DNA from: Octopus sinensis
Lineage: Eukaryota
DNA length: 64,000 bases
Direction: 5' to 3'
Assembly (NCBI RefSeq): GCF_006345805.1
Contig: NC_043018.1
Span: forward strand, 12,524,001 to 12,588,000
Shown here: positions 10,979 through 22,699 of the stretch, one piece after another
Layout: each line of letters starts with the position of its first letter
Numbering within the stretch: position 1 is the stretch's first letter
Translations under genes and position numbers: made by a program
The notes under the pieces: generated by a model
Databases searched by the model: none
What the model was told of the DNA's origin: nothing
The model's input: only the letters and a program-made list of their open reading frames with translations

Positions 10979-11872
10979 CTGTGACTGGTGAAATATCACT
11001 ATTTCTGTAATGATTTGTACTGGATGAAGGACCAATTTTGTAAAGTAAACTGTAATTTTATATTAAACATACACAAACACACACACACACACAGTACTAT
11101 ACATATGTGCATATACATAAATAGAAGCAATCTTACATCCAGATTTTCCAATCCATTCCAGCACGGGAATCAAACATTGGACAAGGATGATGATAATAAA
11201 TCCAGGCAATTTTTTGGAAAATAACTTTTATTAACCAACTTGTCATTCTTCTGTTGAAAGAATTAAACAGCTGTATAGATGTAAACACAATTTTTTTCTT
11301 TTTCCTTTCCTTCTCTTTTGCATTGACACTCCTTTCAGATACACAGGCACACATACACACACACACTCTCTCTCACTGGACAATGATGATTACGATGATA
11401 ATAAATCCAGACCCCGCTTAGAGTAGCCATCTGGTTTTGCCATTTTTAAAGGCCAAGAATCAACTCATCACTTTCTATTGAAAGAACTGACCAGCTGTAT
11501 AGATGTAAACACATTTTTTCCTTCTCTTTTCCATTGACACTCCTTTCAGATACCCAGGCACTCAAACACATACACACACACACACTCTCTCACTTTCTCC
11601 CCATTCCTCACCCTCTTTTACTATCCTATATCTCTCTCTCCCCCTACACATGCAATAATACTATAAAAAGAGATGAATCCCCTCAAAAAATTCAAATCTG
11701 AAGAATCTACTAGAGTAGATGCAAGCGCTATTATATGTTTTATAAAAACATGTGACATATCAATAAAAATTTGTAAATGTACAACCATCCAGATCTCAGA
11801 GTATTTTATTTTTTCTAATATATAATACCTGTACATCACCTCCAAAACTTCTAATATATATATGTATGTATA

Positions 11873-11905
<33 letters not shown>
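10047..11905. repeat. Near-exact tandem duplication, unit ~931-933 bp
   Basis: Units start 'gctgtgactggtgaaatatc' at 10047 and 10978. The ORF track shows identical ORFs offset by 931, then 933 after an extra CA. Confidence 0.95.
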
Positions 11906-11916
<11 letters not shown>

Positions 11917-11984
11917 TATATACATATGTATGTATGTACATATATATATGTATATGTATATATGTATATATATATATATATAAT

Positions 11985-12866
11985 GTGGGTGGGTCTTCTC
12001 AGAAACTTCATATTGCCAGACATCTTGGCCCATTGTCATTTTCTCCATGGGGTCCAACTTCCCTGAGACTGGTCCTCACTACTTCATCCTACGTCTTCCT
12101 GGGTTTCCTTCTTCCACTGGTACCATCCATTTTCAGTGATCGGCATTTCTTTATGCAGCTGCCCACATGTCCAAACCAACGTAGTCTTTTCTCTTGTATG
12201 CTAAATTTGATACATCTTATGTCCAACTTTTCTCTCAGTACATTTGCACTGATGTTGCACATCCAACGGAGTATACTACCTTTGTTTCACTCCAGTCTAC
12301 GCATGTCTTCTGCATTCAGAGCTCATATATCACTACCATGGAGTATAGCTGTTTGCTCACAAGATCCATACAGTCTACCTTTCACTCTGAGAGAGAGTCC
12401 TTTTGTTACCAACAGAGGTAGTGGCTCTCTGAACTTCCTCCACCCAATTCTTATTCTAGAAACATTTTCAGAGCATCCTCCACCATTGCTAATTTGGTCA
12501 CCTAGGTAACAGAAACTATCTACAACCTCAAGAGAGCCTCCTGGGCATTTCAGAGAATCTAAGTCCCGTGTGCTCTTAGTACTTATTATTCCTGCACATC
12601 TGCCACATACAAAGACGGCTTTATCTGTTAATCTACCTGTGATTCCATTGCACCTCTTATGTGTCCATAGTTTACACTGGGTGCAGCGAATGGAATTTCT
12701 TCCAACTCCTTTCCTACATATGGAGCAGGGCCATTTACTTGACAGAAAGAAAGTTTTGTTTTCTTACTAACAACCACTTTTGCTTTAGCCAGGTTAACTT
12801 TAAGGCCCTTTGATTCCAGGTTTTGCTTCCATACCTGGAATTTCTTCTCCAATTCTACTAAAGATT
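11985..12866 (-). mobile_element. RTE-clade LINE 3' fragment
   Basis: 'SLVELEKKFQVWKQNLESKGLKVNLAK' and downstream homology to the copies at 3.6-4.3, 42-43 and 50 kb. Confidence 0.85.
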
Positions 12867-13059
12867 GCAGAATCTTTAGTAGAATTGGAGAAGAAATTCC
12901 AGGTATGGAAGCAAAACCTGGAATCAAAGGGCCTTAAAGTTAACCTGGCTAAAGCAAAAGTGGTTGTTAGTAAGAAAACAAAACTTTCTTTCTGTCAAGT
13001 AAATGGCCCTGCTCCATATGTAGGAAAGGAGTTGGAAGAAATTCCATTCGCTGCACCCA
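12678..13059. repeat. Long palindrome: 189-bp arms (12678-12866 / 12871-13059), 4-nt spacer GCAG
   Basis: The arms are reverse complements; the ORF track gives identical translations on both strands apart from the loop. Confidence 0.92.
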
Positions 13060-14049
13060 TGTATTACATGTAAAACCAGCACAGAACATGTAGCAGAGGC
13101 AGGCCAAGAAAGAATTGATAAGAAATGGTTAGACAAACAGTAGAACTTCACCAAGATAACGAGGCCAAAAAATAAGACAGACTTAAAGAACAGTTAATAT
13201 ATAAGGACAGAAGGTGGCAGTATCATTGGCATGATAGGCAAAATGCTTTACAGAATCTGGGACCATGTGTTGGGGAAGCAAACTTGCCACACAGCCATAC
13301 CTGTGCCTACAATATATAATCATCATCAGATATATTTCTTTCAATCCACCCAGGTCGGATAACTTACCCAGACCAATGAAACCTTTCCATGATAGCCTAT
13401 CAAGTGATGAGCTATGAATGCTTTGCCTGGATTTTAATCACACTGGTCGTTCATTAGCTGAAATATCTCATCTGTGTATGCCATGACAACAGATGATGGC
13501 AGTAGTTTGCTAAATGAACAGGTCGATCTTGGCTGTGGACAGGTTGTTGTCAGTTCATATGCTCAGTATTTAGTGATATTTGCTAATCATTCAAGAAGTT
13601 CATTTGCCAAAATAGTTCACATCCATCATGCTGCATTTTGACATACTCTGGCTTTGGGTCTTACATGCTACTGGACCCATTGCTGGAGCCCTGAGAGGTG
13701 CTGTTACTCTGGGTTAGAGTAGAACTGGGAACAATAATGGCTAAGAGATGGTTTTACACTTCTCAAAGCCCCGAAACTCCTGAACCAGAGTCCCACGACC
13801 AAACGCAATGCTTCACTCAGCATTTACTCCCATGTTATGTCAATATTCATGCAAAACAGGAATGATAGTGGATTACTTGAATCAGTAGAGCGTCCAACTA
13901 AAAGTGATACCAATTGTTTTCTGCCCCTTTGCACTCTGAGTGCAAATCTAGCCTTGGATTCACAAGTCTGCATCTTTTAAATGAAGTAAATGAGGATTGT
14001 CTACTTCTGAACGATTTTTTAATGCTGATTTCAAATGTGTTTTTAGTTT

Positions 14050-14670
14050 CTGCCTATCACATACAGATTTGGCAAATGGCTTTAAAGTAGTTTTACTTCT
14101 TTTCACACTTCATTTTCTTTCAGCTTTTGGTAGTCGCTTGCAGTCTCTTTAGGGTTCAGCAGTAATCTGTCATCATGCTTACATACCACCTCCCCTCCAT
14201 TTCTTTAATATCCTGGTGAAGTCCCTCGTTGTGCTCTTCACTTAGATTGCCAAGGTTCTCTGTGAAATTGTTGAGGTGTGAGTGAAGAAAGTGCATTTAA
14301 CATTCATGTTGCACTCAAGCTTTTTGAAGTTTTGCAACATAAGTACCAACTATGACTTTGTAATTTCCCAAATGGTTTTTGACAATACACTCGAAGCTCA
14401 CCCATGTCTGTTTTTCAGATTCATTCGTGGATTTCTCATAATCTGGGTCCCATTAGTTTATGAATGTCAGGATCAACAAATATTTCTGCCTTAATTTTCT
14501 CACTGGTTACATTTAGGAATCTTTTTGAGAGATACTGCAAACATGGTCCACCTGCAAGCAAAGATTTAATGAACGTTTCATCAAACCCCATTTGATGTAT
14601 GTGCAAAGGTGCTAGCAGTACATTTGTAGGCTCAATCAAGGGTTTGAACAGAATGCTTTTGGATCCAGGT
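14050..14670 (-). mobile_element. DNA transposon relic, probably Chapaev3/CMC-like transposase
   Basis: Minus-strand pieces 'LIEPTNVLLAPLHI', 'YLSKRF..EKIKAEIF', 'HFLHSHLNNF.ENLGNLSEEHNEGLHQDI'. The family assignment is from recall of these motifs. Confidence 0.5.
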
Positions 14671-14719
14671 AACAAACTAGTATATTATTTATACTAATAT
14701 TTTTTACATTAGCATTGAT

Positions 14720-15130
14720 CATCATCATTTAACATCCATTTTTCATGCTAGCATGGGTAAAACAGTTTGACGGAAGCTGGTAAGCCACATCGGATTCCAA
14801 TCTGTTTTCTATGGCTGGATGCCCTCCCCAATGCCAATCAGACAACAGTGTACAGGGTAGCTTTTACATTTCGCCAGCACTGGCCATGGCTATGACTTCA
14901 CCTAGCTTGATGTGTCTTCTCAAGCACAGCAAATCGCAAAAGGTTTTGGTCACTTGTCATTGCCTCCGTGAAACTCAACATCCAAAGATCATACTTCACT
15001 ACCTTGTCCCATGTCTGGGTCTATCTCTCCCACAAGTTCCCTCCACAGAGATCAGCACTTCTTTACACAGCTGTCCTTGTCCAAATGCATCCCGTTACCA
15101 TACCAGCACAATCTTCTCTCTTCCACATAA
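14720..15130 (-). mobile_element. RTE-like LINE 3' end fragment
   Basis: (CAT)n tail plus similarity to the reverse complement of 50580-50830. Confidence 0.7.
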
Positions 15131-15544
15131 AACAATGTTGGGCATATACAACAACAAAAAAAGGCAACATTTTATTTTGCTAGTAGTACATTATATACAC
15201 CAAAGTACAAAACCACATCACTGATTAACATCCTGCCCCCTTCCATGCTTGCTTGGGTGAGACAGAATTTGTCAAGGAGGATTTTCTACAGCTGGATGCT
15301 TTTGCTGTTGACAACCTCCACCATTTCCAAGTAAGGTAACATGACCAGATGTTCTTAGATTAGAAATGAGGGATATTGCTTGCATGATGGTGACACTTGT
15401 TTACAAGTCTACAACTATCACACAATGCCAAGGCAAGAGGACAACAACACACACCATATATAGCAATGAGTGGACAAACAAAAGTAGCATTCAACACATT
15501 TGCTAGCAGTTACATATATTGTATTATTTAATAACAAGTCAATG

Positions 15545-15920
15545 TGATTGTGGTAACATAACTGATTCCCAACCACATGGTTCCAGGTTCAGCCCCATTG
15601 TGTAGCACCTTGGGCAAGTGTCTTCTACTATAGTCTCAGGCCAACCAAAGCCTTGTGAGTGGATGTGGTAGACGGAAACAAAAAGAAGTCTGCGGTGTAT
15701 GTATCTGTATATGTGTGTGTGTGTGCATCTGTCCCCCGTCACTACTTGACAACCAGTGTTGATGTGTTTACATCCCTGTAACTTAGCAGTTCAGCAAGAG
15801 AGATTGACATAATAAGTACCAGGCTTAAGAGAAAAGTATTGGGGTTGATTCATTGAACTAAAAATTTTTCAAGGCCATGTCCTAGCATGTTTGTAGTCTA
15901 ATAACTGAAACCAAAAATAT
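15545..15920 (+). mobile_element. tRNA-derived SINE, abundant family (other copies ~21440-21730, 27280-27555 -, 29590-29865, 38280-38640, 63860-63980)
   Basis: Recurrent 'cccaaccacatggttcc.ggttca.tccc...caccttgggcaagtgtcttctactatag...gtagacggaaac...cttgacaac...aataagtac'. Confidence 0.8.
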
Positions 15921-17209
15921 AAGATGTAATACATAGACACACACATGATGGGACTCTTTGAGTCTCATCTACCAAATCCACCCACAAAGCTTTGGTTGGA
16001 CTGGGCTTATAGTAGAAGACACTTGTTCAAGGTAACACGCACTGAACGTGAAACTATGTAGTTGAGAAGTAAACTACTTACTACAGTCACACCTCTGCCC
16101 ATCTATGGAATTGGGAAATAAATCTGACATGCATACTGTTTTGCCTTTCAAGAAAATTCAAAGAAGTGAATTGGCACATGAGTTGTATTCCCTCTTCAGC
16201 TTCCACCAATTTTGAAATAACATAATCAGAAGGGGCCTTGATACAGTTGGTTTCCTGACTCAAATCATAGGAATGGTAAGCACCCTGATGGGATAACCCT
16301 CTTCCTATTTGAGAGGTGCAGATCCCTAATCTGGAACACGACATGCATTGACACATTCTCTGGTTCCAACCTTGTGGTATCTGTTGAAAACTCTGGTTTT
16401 GCTGTCCATAATGTGGAGGAGGAGAGAAAGACCAATAATCACAGGCACCTGGCTGGCTGCTATCAATTGGTGCCAGGTGTTCTGGGATGCTGTACCACTG
16501 ATTTCCTCTGCAAAACAGGAATAGCATCGCCCCATTGGAGAAATGAACTCCATGAGGTGGAATGGCCACAGCGAATGTCGTTGGCTATTCTCTGTGGCAA
16601 TGATATCGTGGTCATTACCACAGTGCACAGATGAGGGCCCCTCTCGTTCTGGGATATGTGGCCCTTTGCCCCTCCCCTTCCATCTTCGGCTGCTTTGTCC
16701 TCATCCATTTTTTCTCCATTTTTCTTTTCAGCTTTTTAAAGTGTATATTAGTAAATAAAGTTTTAATTCATTTTTAACTGTAAAAAAAGGAAAATTATTG
16801 GAAAAAGCAACACATTATCACAAGATATTTATTTATTTATTCATTTATATATGTCTAACATTCCATCTACACATTGATATTTCCATATGTGGTGCTTAAA
16901 TAGACAAAAATGACTTTGCCAGTAAGTTTTTTTTCACCTGCGATATTTCAAAGGGTCAATCCGTCAGACTCAATATTTCCATTCCAAAAGCCTTTATCAT
17001 TATATGATATGTATGTATGTATGTATGCATGTATGTATGTATGTATATGCATGTATGTATATATATATGTCACTTGTTTTGAGCTTTCAACATGTCTGAG
17101 GGGACCGTATCACTTATCAGTACAAGAAAACACATTGAGAAGAGGAAAGAGGAGACAGGCTCAAAAACAGAAGCAAAATCAAGACACATCAGAAACACCA
17201 TGCCTGGTA

Positions 17210-17274
17210 TTAAGTCTTTATCTCTTTGTTACTTTGTCGTCTTTTTACATCCCAATTATAAACACGAGCCATAT
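17210..17274 (-). CDS. VBP1: Prefoldin subunit 3 / VBP1 exon 6 (last): (N)MARVYNWDVKRRQSNKEIKT*
   Basis: Conserved PFDN3 C-terminus; AG acceptor at 17275-17276; phase matches exon 5. Confidence 0.95.
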
Positions 17275-18483
17275 CTGTAAAGAACTTTTTAAGGAAAAAA
17301 AACACACAGAAAAGAAGCAATTCATAGATTTAAATACAACTCAAAATCAAAAACACATCAACTGGAAACATTTTACATGAAATAATAAGCAATGTTTATC
17401 AATAATAACCATCACCACAATCATCATTCAACACCTGTTTTCCATGCTGGTATGGGTTGACAGGAGCTGGCAAGATCAAGGGCCGCACCAGCTTCCCCAG
17501 TCTGTTTTGCCTTGGTTTCTACATATGGATGCCGTATCTAACACCAACCACTCTACAGAGTGTACTGGGTGCTTTTACATGGCACCAGCACCAGTAAAAT
17601 AAAAATGCTCTTGTTCAGAGTTACTGTCCTCCTAAATGGGTTGAGAGCCTTGCTCACATTTTTGGTTTCTATGGCTGAGTGCTCTTCCAGTCACTAACAA
17701 CTTTACAAATACAGGTTGCATTTTATCAAAGTACCAACAGATGAAAGGTGTTCATATCCCACCAAGGCTAAAACAATGTTCTTTACACTGTCCTTGTTTG
17801 CCAACCACTTTACAAAGTCTACTGGGTTCATTTTATCATGATACCAGCACTAATGAAGTTGCTTTTCCCCTAACAGTCTTCTCTACATCGTTTCTGTTCC
17901 TTCAAACACACAACTTAACAGAGTGCATAGGGTGTATTTTATTGTGGCCCCAGCATTAGGGTTTGTGTTGTCTGCAGCAAGACTAAAAATTTAAAAAAGT
18001 ATCAATCTGAGGCCAAAAATAGCATCAGCGAGCCTGTTGCTTTTTTCCTGTTTCACATTGAAAATATAAAACTAAAAGTGGAAAATTTACTAAGCAATGG
18101 CATCACTGAAACATATAGGAAAACAGATTGGGCAAAAAAGGGAAGTGGGAGTTGCAATGAAACCAAAATCTTTCCCCACTCATACCAATCCCTCCATAGA
18201 GTATCCTGGGCACTTTTAACATGGCACCAGCACCCATACCAATGCTAATACGTGGGACCTTGGTATTAAGATCTCAATTATGTTGTGGTGGGGTGGGTCT
18301 TCTCTGAAAGACAATGTTGGCTTCAGAGGCATTTCGCTAGGGGCCAGAGTTAAGATACTGGCTCTACTGAGCTTAGGATTTCATGAAATTTAACTGATAT
18401 CTAAATGAAACAAACAAACAAAAAAAAAAGAAGTAAATTGAAATTATGGGACCATATTTTATGATTCTCATGGCAAAGGATAC
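17275..18483 (-). other. VBP1: U12-type (minor spliceosome) GT-AG intron, VBP1 intron 5
   Basis: Donor GTATCCTTT (18483-18475); branch-site-like TTTTCCTTAA close to the 3' AG (...TTTTCCTTAAAAAGTTCTTTACAG). Confidence 0.9.
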
Positions 18484-18622
18484 TAACTTCTAGAGTGGTG
18501 ATCTGGTCTCTTAAAAAGCTAAGATCTTCTTCCAGTTGATTTAAGCTATTATTAGCCATAGACAAATTCTTCTCCAACAAGGCTTGTGCATCGTCCAGAC
18601 TATACTCCAGCATCACATTTGC
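18484..18622 (-). CDS. VBP1: VBP1 exon 5: ANVMLEYSLDDAQALLEKNL...FLRDQITTLEV
   Basis: PFDN3 homology; TTTTGCAG acceptor; 139 nt. Confidence 0.95.
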
Positions 18623-18742
18623 CTGCAAAAGGAAAACATCGAGAAGGAAACAAGAAAGATGTTAATTGGCTGCAAAGATAATTACAATGGAGAACAGAAT
18701 TCATTTCTTTATCATCATATTTCTCTTGAAATATACTGGGGA

Positions 18743-19049
18743 GGGTAGCTGACTGCTTATTGTGATCATTCGTCTTTTGGTTTCCTGTAGCTTTGCTCTC
18801 TTTTACAAACCCAGTGAACATATTTTTCCCATTTCAAAGAAATTCAAACAATAGATATAAAACCCAAATTAAAAAGATTCTCAACAATTCAACAATTTTT
18901 TTTAGGGTGTGTAAAGAGGGAAATAACCCTCATCTGCAATTTTGATGAAACTCGAAACAAAGATATTCCAGTTCATTACAGAAAATATAACAGAAAAGTC
19001 TAATTCTTCAATTGCATGTAACACGGGCAACGCCGGGTAACTTTGCTAG
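18743..19049 (+). mobile_element. Helitron-like 3' end fragment
   Basis: Ends 'CGGGCAACGCCGGGTAACTTTGCTAG|T' (GC-rich hairpin plus CTAG followed by T). It is the reverse complement of 47220-47700 with an internal deletion. Confidence 0.7.
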
Positions 19050-19390
19050 TAAAACATATAACTAGATCACAAAAAAATGAATAAACAATATATAAGTAAA
19101 AAGACTACATACGTTTCATGGCTATAACTTCAATTTGAATTACAATTAAATTTAAATTTAATCGAAAAACACTCCTCAGGACAACAACCATAACAATAAT
19201 AGTTAAATAAATAATCAAATAGATTTTTATATTATTATTATTTACTTATTATATATTGTTTATTCATTTTTTTGTAATTTTTGTGATCTAGTTATATGTT
19301 TTATAATATATTTTATTTTTTCTTTATGATTTGGTTTATGTCTATCATTGTTTGAATTACACAGAGGTTTTTCTCTAATTTATATATATT
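19050..19390. mobile_element. Penelope-like pLTR remnant with inverted duplication and a degenerate hammerhead (19103-19182, -)
   Basis: 19050-19100 is inverted at 19241-19302; homologous to 1570-1860; minus strand reads CUGAGGA-GUG...CAU-GAA-ACGUAUGU-A-GUC. Confidence 0.55.
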
Positions 19391-19462
19391 ATATACTTAT
19401 ATTGTGAAATTTGATTTATTGCTAAATTGAATTTTTCACTGCAAGATTGGAGTTATACTCCC

Positions 19463-19511
<49 letters not shown>

Positions 19512-19957
19512 TAGTAGGAATTGTACCAAAAAATTAAAATATTTTGTGAATTGTAGAAGTATAACCATTTTATTGCACATAAGGTTTAACAACAAAATCT
19601 TATATGGTCCCTGGTTGAAAACCACTGGTATAAAGTGTGCAGGCTGCCAGTGGATAATGCTTGGATGCGGGAAGTTACGGAAGAATGAAGGATGATATCT
19701 TCTGCATAGGGATAGGCACTGTTGGAGTTAATGAGAAGTAGGTGCATGGGGGAGAAAACAGAACCTTATGGCATTGGACAGATGTGGATCAAGGAAAAGT
19801 CTACCAGTACATGCCTTGATGGTATGTTCTAGCAGAAAGCTATACTGTTTCAAGTGTAGAAACAGCTTTACACATGTGAAAGTATATAATGGTAAAAAAA
19901 GGAAAAAGAATTGGTGCTCCGATAAAAACATAGTGTGAAATACGAGAAGATATTTAC

Positions 19958-20056
19958 CCCAAGCCAAAGGCAGACTTTATCTGTTGGTGGGATTTTAGCC
20001 TTTGCATATAACAAGTCAGACAGTAAAAATTGGGTTTCAAATGGCTCTTTGGAATC
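19958..20056 (-). CDS. VBP1: VBP1 exon 4: DSKEPFETQFLLSDLLYAKAKIPPTDKVCLWLG
   Basis: PFDN3 motif PPTDKVCLWLG; AG/GT boundaries; 99 nt. Confidence 0.96.
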
Positions 20057-20659
20057 CTGGAAATAACAGAAATAATGAAATAAATGAATGACGGACAAGA
20101 TAGCATTTAATGCAAAATTTCAGTGAAATTAAAGTATATGTACTTAATGAAAAGAACCACACCAGCAGATCAGTTTGAGAATAGTTAATTAAGCAATTTG
20201 TTCTTCAACTATATGGCCTTAGATTCAGTACCACTGTGCAATACCTTGGGCAAGGGTATCCTACTAGAGTGAACCGAAACTTTATGAGGGAATTTGATAG
20301 GAGAAACGGAAAGAAGGCCATCACACACACACACACAGAACATGTGTTCCATGCTAGCATAGGTTGGACAGCTAAACAGAATCTGGTTCGCCTCAGGATG
20401 GTGTTGGTTTCCAGGATCTGCTTTGGTGACGCTTCCTAATGTCAACCACTTTACACAATGTATTTGGTGCTCTTTTTGTGGTCATAGTACTAGTGGGGTC
20501 ACTAAGTAACTCACTAGACAACATCCCTTCACAGAATGAAATGTGTGAGCATGATGGCCTTTTTCTCAGTGTTTGCTAAATTCCCTTACAAGGCACTGGT
20601 CAGCTTAGGGCTATAGTCAAAGTCATTTGCCCAAAGTACTGGTATCCCATCCAACTCCA

Positions 20660-21140
20660 CTTGTGAAGACCCATTGAGGCAAGTGAAAATCAGAAATCAG
20701 AACCAAAATCGAAGTCGATCAACATCAATGGAAATTGCAGCTGTGATACCAGTGCCGGTGGCACGTAAGCAAACCATCCGATCATGGCCGTTGCAAGCGC
20801 CGCCCCGACTGGCCCCCGTGCCGGTGGCACATAAAAAGCACTATCCGATCATGGCCGTTGCCAGCCTCGCCTGGCCCCCGTGCCAGTGGCACGTAAAAAG
20901 CACTATCCGTCCGTGGCCGTTTGCCAGCCCCGTCTGGCACCTGTGCAGGTGGCACGTAAAAAGCACCCACTACACTCATGGAGTGGTTGGCGTTAGGAAG
21001 GCCATCCAGCCATAGAAACATTGTCAGATCAGACAGGAGCCTGGTGCAGCCTTCTGGCTTCCCAGACCCCAGTTGAACCGTCCAACCCATGCTAGCATGG
21101 AAAGCGGACGCTAAATAATGATGATGATGATGATGATGAT
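20660..21140 (+). mobile_element. RTE-LINE 3' UTR-derived repeat with four ~62-66 bp tandem units and a (GAT)n tail
   Basis: Unit core GTGCC(G/A)GTGGCACGTAAAAAGCAC. Related sequence follows the RT ORF directly at 50830-51140; other copies at ~27600-28020 (-), 40385-40665, 43560-43815, 47027-47218 and 57935-58285 (-). Confidence 0.8.
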
Positions 21141-21745
21141 ATACTTTATTTAAAAGCAGCAGAAATTTAACAAAAGCTGTTACTCGGAGTCTCCCGTTCC
21201 CGTTCGTCGGACAGTTTTGTGTTTACTCCGGTATATATATATATATATATATATATCAGGGACATCCTCATTGAGAAATTTGATGAGAGGGAGGAGGAAC
21301 CATAGACTTGTGACGCAGAGGGTAACTGGAAATTCCTATGTGACACCTTGCTGAGCAGCACAGACCGAATCTGCAGCCAGTTCAAAGTAACTTCCAGACC
21401 TAAGGTAACACGGTGCTAGAATAATGCTGCCGACAGAGCCATTGGGCACCTTGCGCAAACGTCTTCCACTATAGCCGTCGGCTGACAAAAGCCTTGTGAT
21501 TGGATGTGGTAGATGGAAACTGAAAGAAGCTTGTCATGTGTATGTCTCCTCCCATCACCACTTGACAACTGGTGTTGGTGTGTTTATGACCCCATAACTT
21601 AGCAGTTCAGCAAAATGGACCGGAGAGAATAAGTAAGAGGCTTAGAAAAAAGAGGAGCAAAATAAGTATTGGGGCCAACTCATTTGAATAAAAATCCTTC
21701 AACATGGTGCCTGAAACAAGTAGAGGAATTAAAGAATAAACCAAC

Positions 21746-21812
21746 CTTTATTGATTGTAAATGCTTAACAATATCGAGGCACGTCTTTATGTCTGGTATT
21801 TGAGTCTTCAAC
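21746..21812 (-). CDS. VBP1: VBP1 exon 3: (R)LKTQIPDIKTCLDIVKHLQSIK
   Basis: PFDN3 homology (LKxQIPxIK); phases 2 and 0 fit the neighbouring exons; 67 nt. Confidence 0.93.
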
Positions 21813-21954
21813 CTGCAAAAATAAATAAGTGAAACCATCATCATTTTAATGTCTACTTTCCCATACTTTGTAATGATTGGATGTAGTTTATTGAACCAGA
21901 TTTTCTATGGTTGGAGGCCCTTCATGCTACCAACCTTTTTCCTCTTTCCAAGAT

Positions 21955-22280
21955 TAGTGAAGGCATGTGGCTTAATGGTTAGGGTATTCAGCTAACGATA
22001 ATTAAGTTGTGACTTTGATTCCCAGCGACGCGTTGTGTCCTTGAGCAAGACACTTCATTCCATATTGCCCCAATAAACTCAACTGGCAAAAATGAATTGT
22101 ACCTGTAATTCACAAGGGGCCAGCCTTGTCGCATTCTGTGTCATGCTGAATCTTCCTAAGAACTATGTTACGGGTATGTGTCTGTGGAGTACTCAGCCAC
22201 TTGCATGTTAATTTCAGGAGCAGGCTGTTCTGTTGATTGTATTAACTGGAATACACATCGTCGTAGCTGACAGAGTGCCA
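21955..22280 (+). mobile_element. tRNA-derived SINE (same family as 42886-43274)
   Basis: A-box-like TGGCTTAATGG head and a shared 3' body 'gtctgtggagt.ctcagccactt.ca.gttaatttca.gagcaggctgtt'. Confidence 0.75.
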
Positions 22281-22699
22281 GAGAATATTTCCCCACAGCC
22301 AGATGTGCTTTTGAACATTGGAAATGAATGGCACCCATTCACAACAATCACGTGATGTTAAGACAAGGAAACATGCACACACACACATATATACAACAGT
22401 GTCTTTTGGTTTCCATTGAACCAATCCACTCGCAAGGCTTTGATCAGCCTAGGACTACAGCAGAAGACACTCGCCCATGGTGTAGTGGGATTGAACTTGA
22501 AAGCATGTGGATGGGAAGCAAACCTGTTAACCACACAGCCAAGCCTGCACCTATTACACAAGATAAATCTAATAAGACCAGGCTCATTAATCTGTCTGCC
22601 AGTTTTCATTTGTCACCTTTCAAAAATGTTCTGGACATATATGAGCTGATATTTCATGAAAGTAGATGTTTGAATAACAGCAAAATATTTTGACAATGG

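Noticed and set aside
11862-12509. 215-aa ORF and similar YIYI/CVCV-rich ORFs throughout the track
   Set aside because: Translations of microsatellites and antisense LINE sequence.
13404-13461. GTGATGA...CTGA with an internal stem, resembling a C/D snoRNA or hammerhead
   Set aside because: No terminal stem, no identified host intron or guide, and hammerhead C3 and stem I do not fit.
17065-17120. Hammerhead-like CTGATAA...AAAAC in the VBP1 3' UTR
   Set aside because: Two core positions are wrong and there are no convincing stems.
20750-20975. CRISPR-like array of palindromic repeats with spacers
   Set aside because: The spacers are homologous to each other, the block is part of a dispersed LINE tail, the DNA is eukaryotic and there are no cas genes.
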